DNA of 64,000 bases from Squalus acanthias (GCA_030390025.1 CM059432.1:10974001-11038000), one strand, 5' to 3'; counted from the first letter of the stretch, positions 37,214 through 51,059 are shown. Notes: generated by a model not told the origin, from the sequence alone. Made by a program: numbers and translations.

Positions 37214-38111
37214 AATGACAAAACCATCGAGCTAAGTACTACAATTATTCGATCGAGTCCCACTACAACGCCAGATCAAACTATCGTTAATCCAAGTGAA
37301 TTGACATTTCCTAACTCGCTGGAAGAATGTACAGATGTTTCTTTCAATCCTAGCTCAGAACCAAGAAGCCATGAATGCAGAAGTCCTGTGGGTAAACATG
37401 AAGATGGATGTGGTGTACAAAATGTTAACAAGATATCTTCTCCACAATCTGAGAAAGCAAAAATGCTAAGATCAAGCATGCAGCAGTTGGATGCTTTTCC
37501 TTCTTCCATATCAGGCAAGCCAACAGTGTACAAAGAATCATGTGCACTACCAAAAGCTGATCATGTTAGTGCACCTCGGCAGGACAAGATGAACCGAATG
37601 CATTGTGTAGAATCCTTGAATGTTACCTCTATGACTAATAATGGATTGGGTGTTTTCCCACCATTAAATACTGATGGCAAATATATGCCTATTTCAAGCT
37701 TTAAACCTCATGGAGCTTCTTCAGATGTGCCTTCAGCAGGTCCAACATTACTTACTGGACATTCATTGTTAACCACTCCACTGGCCCAGCAGTATCTGGG
37801 AACTCTGACTTCTTCTACCAATTGCATAAATGTGCCTTTGACTTCATGCTACTTGGGCAACACTTTGTCGTCTAATATGTACAGTCTTGCAGCTGGTTTG
37901 CCTGGTGCTAATATGCTCATGGGGAATATTCAAGCATTTGGGACTCACCTTGATCCTAAATTAGGGACAAGGATGCTAGACCCGGCTCAGTTCTACAGTG
38001 CACACTCCGTTCCTTTGGACTCCAATTTTAAAACACAGCCTGTTAGCTACCAGCCTTCCAGAATAGGCATGTTTGATCAGTGGTCAGGTGGACTTCAATT
38101 GAGAGATGCTG
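37214..38111 (+). CDS. CEP192: CEP192 exon (phase 0-1), ELSTTIIRSSP...PTLLTGHSLLTTPLAQQYLG...
   Basis: gacag acceptor, G|gtaagt donor, ORF 37301..38206. Confidence 0.93.
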
Positions 38112-38446
38112 GTAAGTATTTTTGTTTGGATAACATTTTGGAGATGAAGTTGCTGCTGGAATTGGATATTCTTCATTCACATCTTCGATACACTACAGGA
38201 GTATAGCCTCGTTCACTCTTCCACGTGCCATAGGAGTATAGCCTCTGGGGAACCATGTGCTGAGTACCGGCAGGAAAATGTCATGTCATTGCACATACAA
38301 CAATGCCGCACACAAGATCTGCACCATTGAGTCAGTTCATTTTTCTGCAACTAAATTTTTTGGCTCACCCCTGACCTCCTGTTGCCAAACTGGAGTCAAT
38401 ATCCCATGCCTCTACATGAGTAGATTATATTTGACTGGGTGTCGAG

Positions 38447-38631
38447 CAATGTTCCCTTTAAGCTGCGCGGCCGCGCTGCACTCCATAGCTCCCGCGCAGC
38501 CGGCTCACCGGCTTTTAAATAGGAAAAACCGAACATGCACGTATTTTGAGTGGGCCACGCAGTCCCTTAAAGGGGTTGTGTACTCAAAAAAATAAAAAAA
38601 AAAAAATAAAAAAAAATTGAAGGGAACATTT
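38447..38631. mobile_element. hAT-type MITE
   Basis: caatgttccct / agggaacattt TIRs; flanks gtgtcgag / gtgtcagg; same family as 45887-46026. Confidence 0.78.
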
Positions 38632-39219
38632 GTGTCAGGTATATTTATATCTAAACGGGACAATGCAGATTTTTGTTTATTTCGGTTTTCCAGAAGCCCA
38701 ACTTGGTGGTAAAAAGAAATGTTATGATCAATACAAGTAATGCAAACAACCTACACTGTGCTCTGTAGATAGCCCTGTAAAAAGCAAATGAAGCAGAAAA
38801 AAGAAATGAGCATTAACATTCAGCAGTTAAAGCAGAAAATTTAATATTGCATTTGGTACACTGAGGTTGCCCCAGCTGGGCTTTGGCCATGTGGTATGAT
38901 CTATGTAATATATTACCTGGATCAAAAAGTAACTAAATGCCTCCATATTTGGTTCAGCATGTCTGCACCAACATATGGCAAAGGCTTTAAGCATTTGACA
39001 AAATGCAATGGTCATCTCACAATCATCGATGCTCTTAAATACTGTGATTTTCCAGATTTGGCTCAGGTTCACAAAATGCACTGGTAAGGAACAGCAGCGC
39101 AAGATAGATAAGCATGGTAAGCCTAAAAAATGCCCAACCCAACTCTGTTAGGGAGGGTTTTCATTGGACACACACTTGCTGTGCCATTTGGTGCTGAGGA
39201 ATCAATGATTTAAATTAAT

Positions 39220-39946
39220 GGCCCAGAAATTCCATTCGCAGCCCTCCCGCGGGCGGAGGGCTGCAATTCGGAAAAATCTCCGCTTGGACCAGAGGGCTCC
39301 CGGGACGCGCACACTTCCGTTGCTGTGCCTCTTCAATCTGCCGGTGTGCAGGGCACGCGTATCCCAGGGGCTCAGCTAGTTCGCAGCGTCCCTGGGATCA
39401 CGTGGGCCATGGGGAGCCAATCAGAGCAGGGAATCTCCATTCATAGATTTGACAGGAAGACCTGTCAAATCTATGAATAGAGATGAGCCCCAAAACTTCA
39501 AATAATTTTTTTTTTTTAAATGACTATAAATTACATAAATTAACTATTTTAAACAAAAATTTAAATTTTTGAAAAAAATAATTGAAGTTTTTAACAGGGC
39601 TAAAAATGAACTTTAAAGTATTTTAAAATGATAAATCAGTGGAAACATTTTTTTTTTACTTTATTAAACTATTAGCCTGCTAAAAGCAGGCCTTGCGCCT
39701 GCTTTTCTAGGCACAGCTGTTTCCAACTTACCTGGACTCAAGCCAGTGTGGGGAAAAAAACAGAAGTTTTTAACGTAAGGGCTGCCTATCTGGCGCAGGT
39801 ATTTGTCCAGTCAAGCCCTTTCTGCAGAGAACGGAAGTGCCGGTTTCCAGCGCATGTGCAGTGCATGCGTAAAACCGGCACTTCCGTTGGCCCTACGGGT
39901 GAGTACACAGCGCGTACCCACCCGTAGGGAACGGAATTTCTAGGCC
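39220..39946. mobile_element. GGCC-ended palindrome-rich MITE (Harbinger-like)
   Basis: aat|GGCCCAGAAATTCC...GGAATTTCTAGGCC|aat, 3-bp TSD, subterminal hairpins. Confidence 0.8.
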
Positions 39947-40952
39947 AATGTTGGGAAATCACCAGAATAGGATGATAATGAAATGGCATTGGCACGCAGA
40001 AGTGCCAAGGAACATTTTTGAAGCCCCTTGATACTGAAAGATCACTGGCACTGAGGAGCGCTGGTACTGAGAAAATGCTTAGCACCAAGACATCTTCAGC
40101 ACTGATTGGTGCTGCCTCATATACAAACAAAAGGCAAATTGCATCTGATCTCTCCAAGAAGGTATTTATCAGTCTAGTAGCACAGGACTTCTCTCTAAAG
40201 AGCTCCCAGCTTGCAGATTGCAGCATCACCAGGGAAATTATTGCTGAAACATTGCAGTGCCACATGGCACCAGCCATTCTTCAGTTTATGTTCCACCAGA
40301 GTTAGTCAAACCAACCTGTAAATATGTCCCTGAGGGGCATTGGGAGAGCTATCAAGCTATAACCCAAGAAAGCTGTGTACTTTTAGTCCCCACCACGGAA
40401 GATTGGTAACCTATGGTCTCCTGAGTTAAGGGATCCAGTAGTGGATCTGGAATCCTTAGCTAGATAATTTGCTAGGAAACCACAGAGCTCATTGTATGAT
40501 CTACTGACTCAACAATGCAGTCCATGATTTGACTGGATTGATTAGAGACATTACCTTCATGAGTTAGATTAGACACTCACAAACAGTGAATACCCAAAAG
40601 CCAATTTTAGAGTTCCCCCTGTACCTACAGTTAATTGAGAGTGGGGAGAAGGGGTAACAAAATAATGGTGAATTGTCCAAGGGTACATTGTTCAGTCAAA
40701 GTCCAAATACACTGAGTATTTATTTTCTCTTTTTAAAGTTAGCTGTTTGATGAAAATTAAGAGGTATTGGCGGAGGTGTGGGGGCAAGCGGACCACCAGC
40801 TGACTGATTCAGAGAGTGCTATGTGATATTTTAAGCCCTAAAAGAAGGATGTGGTTTAATAATTTTGTAAACTTTGGTGCAATTTGTGGGTTTTTTTCTT
40901 ACTCCCAAATTATTCCCCCCCCCCCCACCTAAAAAACAAACTTTTCTTTTAG

Positions 40953-41101
40953 GTCATGTGCTGGTCCCAGAGGAATTGAAGTTTCCAAATTCGTGTTGTG
41001 TTGGAATAGCATCGCAAACATCACTCAGCATGTTCAATCCAACTGAACGGTGGATGCAAGTCTCTATTGGAGTTGTTAATGTTGCACTGAATGGAGAGAA
41101 G
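40953..41101 (+). CDS. CEP192: CEP192 exon (phase 1-0), start of first ASH/PapD-like domain, HVLVPEELKFPNSCCVGIASQT
   Basis: ttttag acceptor, AAG|gtttgt donor. Confidence 0.95.
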
Positions 41102-43249
41102 GTTTGTATTACTGGAACATTGTGCGTATATTTTTCTCATCAAATAGGCTTTCAGCGGAGTATAAAGATAATTACAGCCCTAGTATTGTTCAAATTTACA
41201 TCTTACAATATCTAAGGAGACTTTTATCTTGCTCTTTTTGCCAGCTTTCAGCCATTCCTGATCTTCAAAATGGTTGCTTTAAATCTGGGGAAGGTTTGTG
41301 TAGTACTAGCTGTTCTTAGACACTAGTTGTGTTAATACTAAGTGTGCTTGAGATCTATAGTGACTGTAAAAGCTATATTAGCATTGGCCATTTGGGACTG
41401 CGGAACTAATTTTTAATAGTCTTTGTGATTTAAGCACCTGCCTTAAGCAGTTACACCATGGAATAAGCAAATTCCTCGGCAGAAAGGTCTCCTGCCTGTC
41501 CTCTTCCTTTTCTATAATTTTTTTTAAAAAGGGCCCACCAAGCTGAATTTATTCTCGTCTGAACAACAATCTGGGTTATGCTTCTCCCCACCCCATTTCC
41601 TGTCCCTTTCTCCCAGTTTCTGTCTGTTTCATGGTTACATGGATGCCCCTTGTTCTCACCTTTCACTTCACCAGCCTCTGAATTGGCTGCAGAATTTTCT
41701 GCCGTCTACAACATGATTCCACAACCAAGCACATCTTTTCCTTATAGAGGGACCATTCTTCAAGAATACCCTTGTTCATTCTTCCGTACCCCAAATTCTC
41801 GGTGCCTTTCCCCGGCACTCCAAGTCAGTGCTAACACATCAGCTCTGGATCTATGTAAGGGAATAGAGCTGCTTTGGCAGATGTACAGGAATCACACAGC
41901 AATTCCAGTTCTATTTGCGAGACCCAAATGACTGTTTCCATCAGTGAAAACTTGTTACAAAATTGTTAACTTTAAAAAAAAAAGGACAGATTAGAAGTTA
42001 GTTTAATAGAAAAAAACTCCAATAGTTTTTAAAAATTTTTTTTTACTGCCCAGACTAACTATCTAGCATGGAATTCTGCTGTAAGAATTTAGAAACATTG
42101 TGCATGTACTCACTCTCCTTCATCTCTCTCCCATGGTGTTACACACAGAGTCAGGACCAAGTGGAGTTAGAGGGTACAGTAATATTTGGAATGGGTAGGG
42201 CAGCAATCTGTCTCAGCGGGGTTGGGGAAATGTAGAACTGTACCAATATTGCCGCTCAGTCATGGGTCAGATTGCATTCATACTGCTCAGCTGGGGGGGG
42301 TGTGGCGAGAGGACGAGATTACTGGATATTTCCATTCCTGAAGCTTCACTGGAACAGCAGTTGCTTCGGGTTGTCTAGAGTGGGTTCATTGTACCACTGC
42401 AGCAAATGTGAACGAGACAAGGCTTCGTGGAAGAAGTGGAGTACTGCGTGTCCGGTGCTGTTTTTGTGGTGATCATTACGCTGGGAAAAAATGATCACTA
42501 AATTGGTTCCTCCAAAAAGATACCCCAAGGGGGGTGCGGAGAAGGAGGATTTAGGCCAGCTAAACTTTTATTAGCTTTCAGAAAGCTGCAGCAGACGAGA
42601 GTGTGGAAGACATTAAAAAACTTGCGATGATGCATATCCCTCTCTGAGAGGGGTGGTCATTGGGGCATGAGCCTGGAAGAGGAGTACTACAGGATTTGCA
42701 TCTCTTGTAGCGCTAATCTGAGTTCCACAAAACTGATTTCACAGATGTCTAACACTGATTTTAGTTTCAGGCAAAAGTACTACCTTCAGTTTAAAAAAAA
42801 AAAAAAAAAATTACTTTTAAGCTTTCTTTCTGACCAAATTTTCAGTTCAAGAAACACTTATCTTTCGTCCACAAATTGCGATCCAGTGAGAGCTGTCCGT
42901 ACATTCATGCACTGCCGCCCAGTGTCTTTGTACTGGAACTGCATGCTATCTCTCAGCCAAAACACGTAATTGATGGGCTGTGCACCTAACATTACCGTGA
43001 CAGTCATTTAACATTAAATGCCAATTGCGGTGCCACTTATTAGGTACTGTAGGTAAAGGTTAACACTTTTAAAGTGGATGTTGCCGTAGGTAGAACCTGA
43101 CGTCGAAGCTTCCAACACATTTTGAAATGGAATGTTCAGACCCACTCAGCACTTTTAATGTATTTAGATGAATGGGGGCACAATATAAATTTGCAAGCAA
43201 AACAAAAGTCAGGGGCGAGTGTGAAGCGCACTGCAAGTGACTTCAGGAG

Positions 43250-44022
43250 GACATGATTCGACCAATATGTCAGATGAAATTTAATGTGGAGAATGTGAGG
43301 TGATAGATTTTGGGAGGAAGAATGAGAGGAAATATACCCTAAATGGTTAATCTTAAAAAGCGTAGAGAAACTTGGGGGTTCCGTTACATAAATCTTTGAA
43401 AGTGGGAGGACAGTTAATCAAGCTGTAAGAAGGCTTATAGGATCCTAGTTTTATAAATAGGTGCATAGAGTACAAAAGCAAAGGGATAGTACTAAACCTA
43501 TATAAATCATGGGTGAGGCTGCACTTAGAATATTGTGGCCAGTTTCATGCACCCTAGTTTAAGAAGATCATTGAGACGGTAAAGAGATTTGCTTACAAGA
43601 GATGAGAGACTTTAGTTATGAAGAAAGATTGAAAAAACTGACACTATTAGTGCAGAGAAGGTTAAGAAGAGAATTGACAGAAGTGTCAAAGTGAAGAAGG
43701 GTTTTGATAAGGTAAACAGGGAAAAACTATTTCCACTGGTCACTGTATCTAACTAGAGGGCATATGTTTAAGATCGTCGATAGTAAAGATAGAGGTTAGG
43801 AGATTTTTTTTATTGCAGAGAGTTGTTAGAACATGGAATATCTTAACCAGAAACGGTGGTGAAAACAGAATCCATAATCACTTTTAAAAGGGAACTAGAT
43901 ACAAGTTTGACAAATTCAAAAGGGTGGAAGATCATGTAAATGGAACAAAGTAGATAACTCTTCCAGAGAGCCAGAGCAGGTATGTTGGCTGAATGGCCAT
44001 CTTCTGTGCCACAAAATTCTAT
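43250..44022 (+). mobile_element. Old degraded CR1 3' part
   Basis: Nucleotide resemblance to the other CR1 3' ends. Confidence 0.7.
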
Positions 44023-44119
44023 GAAATTACAATTTCAGGATTATAACACATGACAGTCCAGCCAAGTTACAATTACTTATTCAATTCACAGTACTTGCTT
44101 AATCATTTGTATTTTCCAG

Positions 44120-44350
44120 ATGGATACATTTGCTCACCAGTGTTGGATATTCAAGAACAAAACCATCATTGGCCCTCATGTTACTGAAGATTTAAAACTG
44201 ATGTTCCTTCCACGTCACCCTGGGATTTTTCAGTGTGTTCTGTGTGTCTCCTCATGTCCAGTCTCGGCAGATGCCAATACAATTACCAGAGCAGAAGCAC
44301 TTGCAGTCAGAGTGATTATTACAGCTGTGGCAGAAGATCCATTGATTGAG
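44120..44350 (+). CDS. CEP192: CEP192 exon (phase 0-0), CWIFKNKTIIG...AEDPLIE
   Basis: ttccag acceptor, GAG|gtgaag donor, 231 nt. Confidence 0.93.
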
Positions 44351-45304
44351 GTGAAGAACAGTTTAATATATAATTTATGTTTAGCGCATGTGCACCACGA
44401 CAGCCCTATTGGTCATGTGTGGGTAAATTAATCCAATCCAGTGTTTCAACCACTACTTATTACATTTGCTTCGAGGGTTTACAGAAACTGACCACCTTTT
44501 AGCGTAATGTTTTGCATGTTGTTATTTTTGACTGTCTGAAGAGCTTTTCAGCTTGAGAAAATAGGCACCAGCAATGCACCAGAGTGAGCGAGGGTTAATA
44601 CACCGACTAATCGCATTGTCACTTCTTTACTAGTACTATAGATCCCACTTGCTTTTGCTCAGGGCGAGGATTCACTATTTTATAACAATGAAGTGTTTAT
44701 ACCGTGTAAGAGATAATCTCCGGTTCACTGACAGACAAAGTCGAACTCCATTTTTAATAAATGGTATGCTGGGATTTTTTGTGGTGCTTTGTGGAGTGAA
44801 TTCCACCGCTCTGTCCATTATTCTGTAAATTGGAGTCCTTTATTTTATATTTATATAATAATAAAGGAGACTAATGTATAGCTACTTCATCAGTGGTAGC
44901 ATATATTTCATTATCGGCGCGGACACGATGGGCCGAAATGGCCTCCTTCCATGCTGTACCTTTCTATGATCTTATGCAAAGCTACCAGATGGACAGCAGT
45001 GTGTTGTAAGAGTGTAAAGTAGCTGAAGCCTTCAGGTGGCCACCTAACCTTTGACGGAAGGCCTCCCTGCTTTAAATTTTAAATGGGTTCCTAGAACTCA
45101 CCAGCTTCTCTGGTTAATCTTCAACAACATGTGATTTTTTTTTAAAATCGGGTAAGCAGTCACCGCTAGATTTTAATACACAGTAGCAGCACCACTGCCA
45201 AGTTATTTTTTAATCGTAATCGTTTGCCCATTTAATTGTGAAGTAATCACTGAGCAGGATTGACTGGGTCATGAACAAGTGCTAATTATAGTTTTTAGAT
45301 ATTA

Positions 45305-46560
45305 CAGCAACTTGCATTGTATAGCACCTTTCAACATAGCACAATGTTCAGCATTTCGCACCCTGAGCATGAATAAAGGGTGGGTGGGTGGGTGCGGGGG
45401 GGGAGGGCAAAGAGGTGACATGTAGAAGTGCTGCAGACGAGCTAGGTTTTAATGAGGATTTTAAAGGTGGGGAATGATGCAGCAAGAGAGTTTATGGAGG
45501 GAGTGGGGTGGCAAGCTGGCTGAAGGTAGTGCCACCAATAGAGCAATCAGGAAGGGGGGTGCAGAAGGTGCACCAAACTACTTGGAGTTCGAGGAAGTTA
45601 AAGAAGCAAGAGTGGAACAAGGCCGCAAAGGGACTTGAAGACAGGATCGAGGATTTCAAAGGTGATCAGCTGGGAGTGGGGAGCCAAGTGGAAGTCAGCA
45701 ATGTTTGGGGTGATATTTGAACAAGATTTTGAGCAAGATAGGTTGCGGGCAGTCTGGATGATTTTGGAGTTTATGTAGGGATGAGCTCTGGAAACCAAGG
45801 AAGAGGTCATTGCAGAAGTTGAATCCAGAGATGACTGAAGGTGTGGTTGAGATATTCTTTGGCATTGGGTGAGGTAGGGATGATGCCAACATTCCCTTTA
45901 AGCGCGGCCGCGCAGCGCTCTTGAGGTCCCACGTAGCCGGTGAGCCGGCTTTTAAATAGAAAAATCGCACATGCGTGGAATTTTGAATGGCCCGCGTGGG
46001 CCAAAAAAAATTTAGAGGGAACATTGGATGACGCACAGTGATGTTTTGCTGATGAGGTGTTTGCAGATCATCTTCGGGTTGAGCAAGTTGCATGCTATCT
46101 GAGCTTGGGCAGGCATCTAATGGAAGGGAATAGGATCAAGAGTTAGGCTGTGGAGTTTCTGTTGGAACCAAACAGGTTGATTTCGGTGTTGCAGAAGTTG
46201 AGCCGCAAAAAATAAATAAATAAATTCTGGCTCATCTACTACTTGATCAGACAAGCATTTTGGCAACACTATGATGATTATGGATTCAAGGGTGGAAGTT
46301 GGAGGTATCATCTGCATACAAATGAAAGCTCATGGAAAATTTTGCCAAGGAGCAAAACATAGATGGGGAATTGGAGGGGGCCAAGGATGGAAACTTGGGG
46401 CACACTGGAGGTGACCATGTGTGTACAGGGAGGGGAAGCCATGGTAAGAGATATGCTGACCATATTGGGGCGGGTAAGAATAGACCCATGACAGAGCAGT
46501 CTCGGAGGTGGTCTGCAGAGGAATTGAAGAGGATGATGTCAACTGCCAAGGCCGCTGAGA
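45305..46560 (-). mobile_element. Degraded L2-type LINE
   Basis: FHLYADDT remnant; caacttgcat tail. Confidence 0.7.
45887..46026. mobile_element. hAT-type MITE inserted in L2
   Basis: caacattccct / agggaacattg TIRs; 8-bp TSD gatgatgc / gatgacgc. Confidence 0.85.
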
Positions 46561-46661
46561 GGTCACAACCCAGTTTTCTACTCTAACAACTAACTTTTAA
46601 AAAATAAAAATGTTACTATGTGCTCAGGAGATCAATCAGATTTATAGGAAAATTAATAGCA

Positions 46662-46980
46662 TCATAGGAATTTACAGCACAGAAGGAGGCCATTCGGCCC
46701 ATCTTGTCTGCGCCTGTTGATAAAGCTATCGAGCCTAATCCCACTTTCCAACTCTTGGTCCGTAGCCGTGTAGGTTATGGCACTTCACGTGCATATCCAA
46801 GTATTTTTTAAATGCAATGAGGGTTTCTGCCTCTACCACCTTTCAGGCAGTGAGTTCCAGACACCCACCACCCTCAACTCCCCTCATCCTGACAATGACA
46901 TTAAATCTATGCCCCCTGGTTATTGACCTCTGCTAAGGGAAATGGGTCCTTCCTATCCACGCTATCTAGGCCCCTCATAA
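46662..46980 (-). mobile_element. CR1 3' fragment
   Basis: Similar to 49283-49640. Confidence 0.8.
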
Positions 46981-47098
46981 TAGATCAGAATTGGTAACCC
47001 ATTCGCATAGAATTCTCTACAATTCCAAAACACAATATTTTGCACAAGTATAAAGAAATTAAGATCAATTCAGTTAATAGCTTTAATCCTAATTCTAG

Positions 47099-47224
47099 GT
47101 TTTGGCTGGGAAAAGCGACTGCTTGGAATTTGGTGACTTGGTATCTGGTGGTGGTAAAGCACTCTCTCTCAGACTAATCAACAGGACTCATGCCACCGTT
47201 CCCATTCGGCTTGTCATCAGTGCA
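47099..47224 (+). CDS. CEP192: CEP192 exon (phase 0-0), LEFGDL...LINRTHATVPIRLVISA
   Basis: ttctag acceptor, gtaaga donor, 126 nt. Confidence 0.93.
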
Positions 47225-47331
47225 GTAAGATTTTTTTTCTCTAAAAAGTGACTAATTGAATAAATGAATTTATTTTACCAATCCCTTTTGATCAGTTCTA
47301 TTGCATTCTTTGTCATTTGGATTAAGACTTC

Positions 47332-47952
47332 GGGGGAAAAATTGAGTTGTGCCCCCTTCGCTACTTTTAGCACCCCGAAAAAATTAGCGCCCCCGCGGCC
47401 GAAATTCACCGGTAGCGCCTCGAGGGAAGTGGGGTGCTACTGGAAGCGCCCTGCCTCCCTCTTGGGGCGCTGCGAGTGAATATCGCGGTGCTACATGCCG
47501 CAGCGCCACGCTCTGCAGCATGTGCTGCAGCCCTTCCTCCCCTTAAAGGGGAGGGGCCTAGCACAGCGCGACCCGGGGCCCAGCTGGGCCACCAGGGATC
47601 GGAGTGCCGGCAAAAGAGCCCAGCACTCGAAGTGGCAGGCGGCCAGCAACATAAATGGCCGCCCGGCACCTCCCCTTTAATTTGCGCCACCCCAGCCGTA
47701 GGTAGGCCCCCCTGACCCCGTCAGACCTAGCCTCCAGCAGTAAGTCAAGGGGCGCTCCCATAGATTGCGAGCGGGGCGCTGCGCACGGCGATGACATCAT
47801 CGCCGGCGGCACGGGGCGCTAACAGTTACCGCCATCGCTAACCTCCCGCTGAATTTCACGGGAGGCGTTGGTGGGGCCGCGCCCGGGCGCTAGTTGCTTT
47901 GCGCCCTCTTAGGGCGCTAATGGGAGGCACAAAACAACCGAATTTTTAGGCC
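47332..47952. mobile_element. GC-rich non-autonomous element with degenerate inverted ends
   Basis: aaaaattgagttgtgcc / ggcacaaaacaaccgaattttt ends; abrupt GC shift. Confidence 0.6.
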
Positions 47953-48761
47953 TTAGTCTCATTGTCCTGATGCCAGAATGTTGACTCGGCAGCAAAGTTC
48001 CTCCTTATACTGTACAATATGCGCACCCTAACCCTCCTGGCTCTGCTATTTCTTTGCTCAGACCCCACTTCAGCTTCAGTCAGTGAAAATTAAATTTAAG
48101 TAGACTTAAAAGTTATTTTGAAAAACCTTTTTCTTCAGGTAAAAGCAATGAAATTGAAAAAGTGAGATGATGACTGGCTTCAAACACTGCACTAAATCTT
48201 GATGGGCTTTCTCTGCTCTCCGTGGACATTCCAAGTGTTTGTCCTGGCTAAATCAAAGCGTGTAATATGCAGTGCCTACTTCCTTCTTTTACTACAAGCC
48301 TAGGATTACTGTTGACTTGTGAAGTACGAAGCCATCCTGAGAAAATGGATGTCACTTGGCATAAATTCATAGAATCTTAAGCTAACCCTGTGGGTTTCAC
48401 ACATTTGTAACTTCCCCAGCCTGAGTATCTGATATCCCATTGCAATGTTACTGAGAGATTATTCTGTTGCAGCAAAGCAAGTACTATATCAGCAAAAATA
48501 TTTTGGCATGGGCCAATCCATTTCTTCAGTGTTCAATACCTAGATTATAGTTTAATAACCTTTTTGAAGTGTGAAACTCATTCCAAGCTATCTCGTTACT
48601 TAAAACCTTGAAAAACGTTGCGTCTTCTGCCATGAGCGCTATTCTAACCCAGTGTGATATCTACTCCTCTCTCGGTATGCATTCGACAGGAAAACTTAAT
48701 TTACTTCAGCCATCTCATTTTGGTTTGCAGTAATTCTAAATATCTTTTTTGTGCTGTACAG

Positions 48762-48898
48762 AATGCTGCTGCGTGGAGATGTTTTACATTCTCCAAGTCT
48801 GACATGTTGACCGAAACGACACTGCAGGCTGAAAGAATCTCTCATTGGTGGCCCCATCTGTCATGAATCATGTGATGCAAGCCAGCTACGATGGAGAG
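48762..48898 (+). CDS. CEP192: CEP192 exon NAAAWRCFTFSK...(frameshift)...APSVMNHVMQASYDGE, 137 nt, apparent 1-nt deletion
   Basis: gtacag acceptor, GAG|gtaatg donor; two conserved halves in different frames. Confidence 0.88.
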
Positions 48899-49891
48899 GT
48901 AATGAGAAATTCCGAGCCTCAGCTCAATGTGTTCATTTTCAACCTTCACATTCTTTCAACAGAGTAAAAGTGTTTCTTGTGCTCAGATAGTTATTTCTGT
49001 CATAGGGGAATAGTGATTTGTACCTTTGGGAAGACTGCACAATATCAGTCAGTATGAGAAATCAAATGGATTTCAAACTTGCTGAATTGTTCAGTGGCTT
49101 GGGAAAATCATTTTTGGAAAGATTTATTTAGTTCTGTCCCTGAATGTTTTGAAATTTTGCTTTTCAGTTTCTTAACTTCAAAGGAAAGGTAAGCTTAGCA
49201 AAGTGTTTTTTATTCAAAGTGGTCTAATTTTAAGTTGAGTGGCACAGAAGATTGCATATCCCTTCCTGCTAGATGACCCCATTCATAGAATCAAAGAAAT
49301 TTACAGCGCAGAAGGAGTCCATTCGGCCCATCTTGTCCGTACCAGCCGACAAAGAACAATCCACCCGAATCCCACTTTCCAGCACTCGATCCATAGCCTT
49401 GTAGGTTACGGCACTTCAAGTGCATATCCAAGTACTTTTTAAATGTGATGAGGGTCTCTGCCTCTACCACCCTTTCAGGCAGTGAGTTCCAGACCCCCAC
49501 CACGCTATAGGTGAAAACATTTCTCCTCAAATCCCCTCTAAACCTCCAACCAATTACTTTAAATCTATGCCCCCTGGTTATTGACCCTCCTGCTAAGGGA
49601 AATAGGTCCTTCCTATCCACTCTATCTAGGTCCCTCATAATTTTATACACCTCAATTAGGTCTCCCCTCAGCCTCCTCTGTTCCAAAGAAAACAACCCCA
49701 GCCTATCCAATCTTTCCTCCTAGCTAAAATCCCCCAGCCCAGGCAACATCCTCATAAATCTCCTCTGCACCCCCTCGAGTGCAATCATATCCTTCCTGTA
49801 ATGTGGTGACCAGAACTGCACGCAGTATTCTAGCTGTGGCCTAACTAGTGTTTTATACAGTTCAAGCATAACCTCCCTGCTCTCGTATTCT

Positions 49892-50357
49892 ATGCCTCGG
49901 CTAGTAAAGGCAAGTATCCCGTATCCCTTCTTAACCACCTTATCTACCTGTCCTGCCACCTTCAGGGATAGAGTCAGAGTGTTATACAGCACAGAAAGAG
50001 GCCCTTCGGCCCATCGTGTCCGCGCCGGCCATCAAGCCCTGTCTATTCTAATCCCATTTTCCAGCACTTGGTCCGTAGCCTTGTATGCTATGGCGTTTCA
50101 AGTGCTCATCTAAATGCTTCTTGAATGCCTCGGCTAGTAAAGGCAAGTATCCCGTATCCCTTCTTAACCACCTTATCTACCTGTCCTGCCACCTTCAGGG
50201 ATAGAGTCAGAGTGTTATACAGCACAGAAAGAGGCCCTTCGGCCCATCGTGTCCGCGCCGGCCATCAAGCCCTGTCTATTCTAATCCCATTTTCCAGCAC
50301 TTGGTCCGTAGCCTTGTATGCTATGGCGTTTCAAGTGCTCATCTAAATGCTTCTTGA
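49892..50357. repeat. 233-bp tandem duplication
   Basis: ORFs 49892..50113 and 50125..50346 are identical. Confidence 0.95.
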
Positions 50358-51059
50358 ATGTTGTGAGGGTTCCTGCCTCTACCACCCTTTCAGGCAGTGA
50401 GTTCCAGATTCCAACCACCCTCTGGGTGAAAAAGTTTTTCCTCAAATCCCCTCTAATCTGTGGACATGCACGCCAAGGTCCCTCTGATCTTTTGCATTTC
50501 TCCGTGCCCTACCATTTATAGTGTATTCCCTTGCCTTGTTAGCCCTCCCCAAATGCATTACCTCACACTTCTCCAGATTGAATTCCATTTGCCACTGTTC
50601 TGCCCACCTGACTAGTCCATTGATATCTTCCTGCAGTCTGCAGCTTTCTTCTTCATTATCAACCACACGGCCAATTTTTGTATCATCTGCAAACTTCTTA
50701 ATCATACTTCCTACATTCAAGTGCAAATCATTGATATATACCACAAAAAGCAAAGGACCCAGTACTGAGCCCTGCAGAACCCCACTGGAAACCGCTTTCC
50801 AGTCATAAAAATACCCTTCGACCATTACCCTTTGTTTCCTGCCTCTGAGCCAATTTTGGATCCAACTTGCTACTTTGCCTTGGATCCCATGGGCTTTTAC
50901 TTTTGTGATCAGTCTGCCATGCGGGACCTTATCAAAAGCCTTGCTAAAATCCATATAGACTACATCAAACGCACTCATCGATCATCCTTGTTACCACCTC
51001 AAAAAGTTCAATCAAGTTAGTCAGACACGACCTTCACTTAACAAATCCATGCTGACTGT

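Noticed and set aside
37301..38206. 301-aa ORF as a standalone gene
   Set aside because: Internal CEP192 exon
47332..47952. CpG-island promoter
   Set aside because: Intronic, sharply bounded, has inverted ends and shares motifs with other repeats
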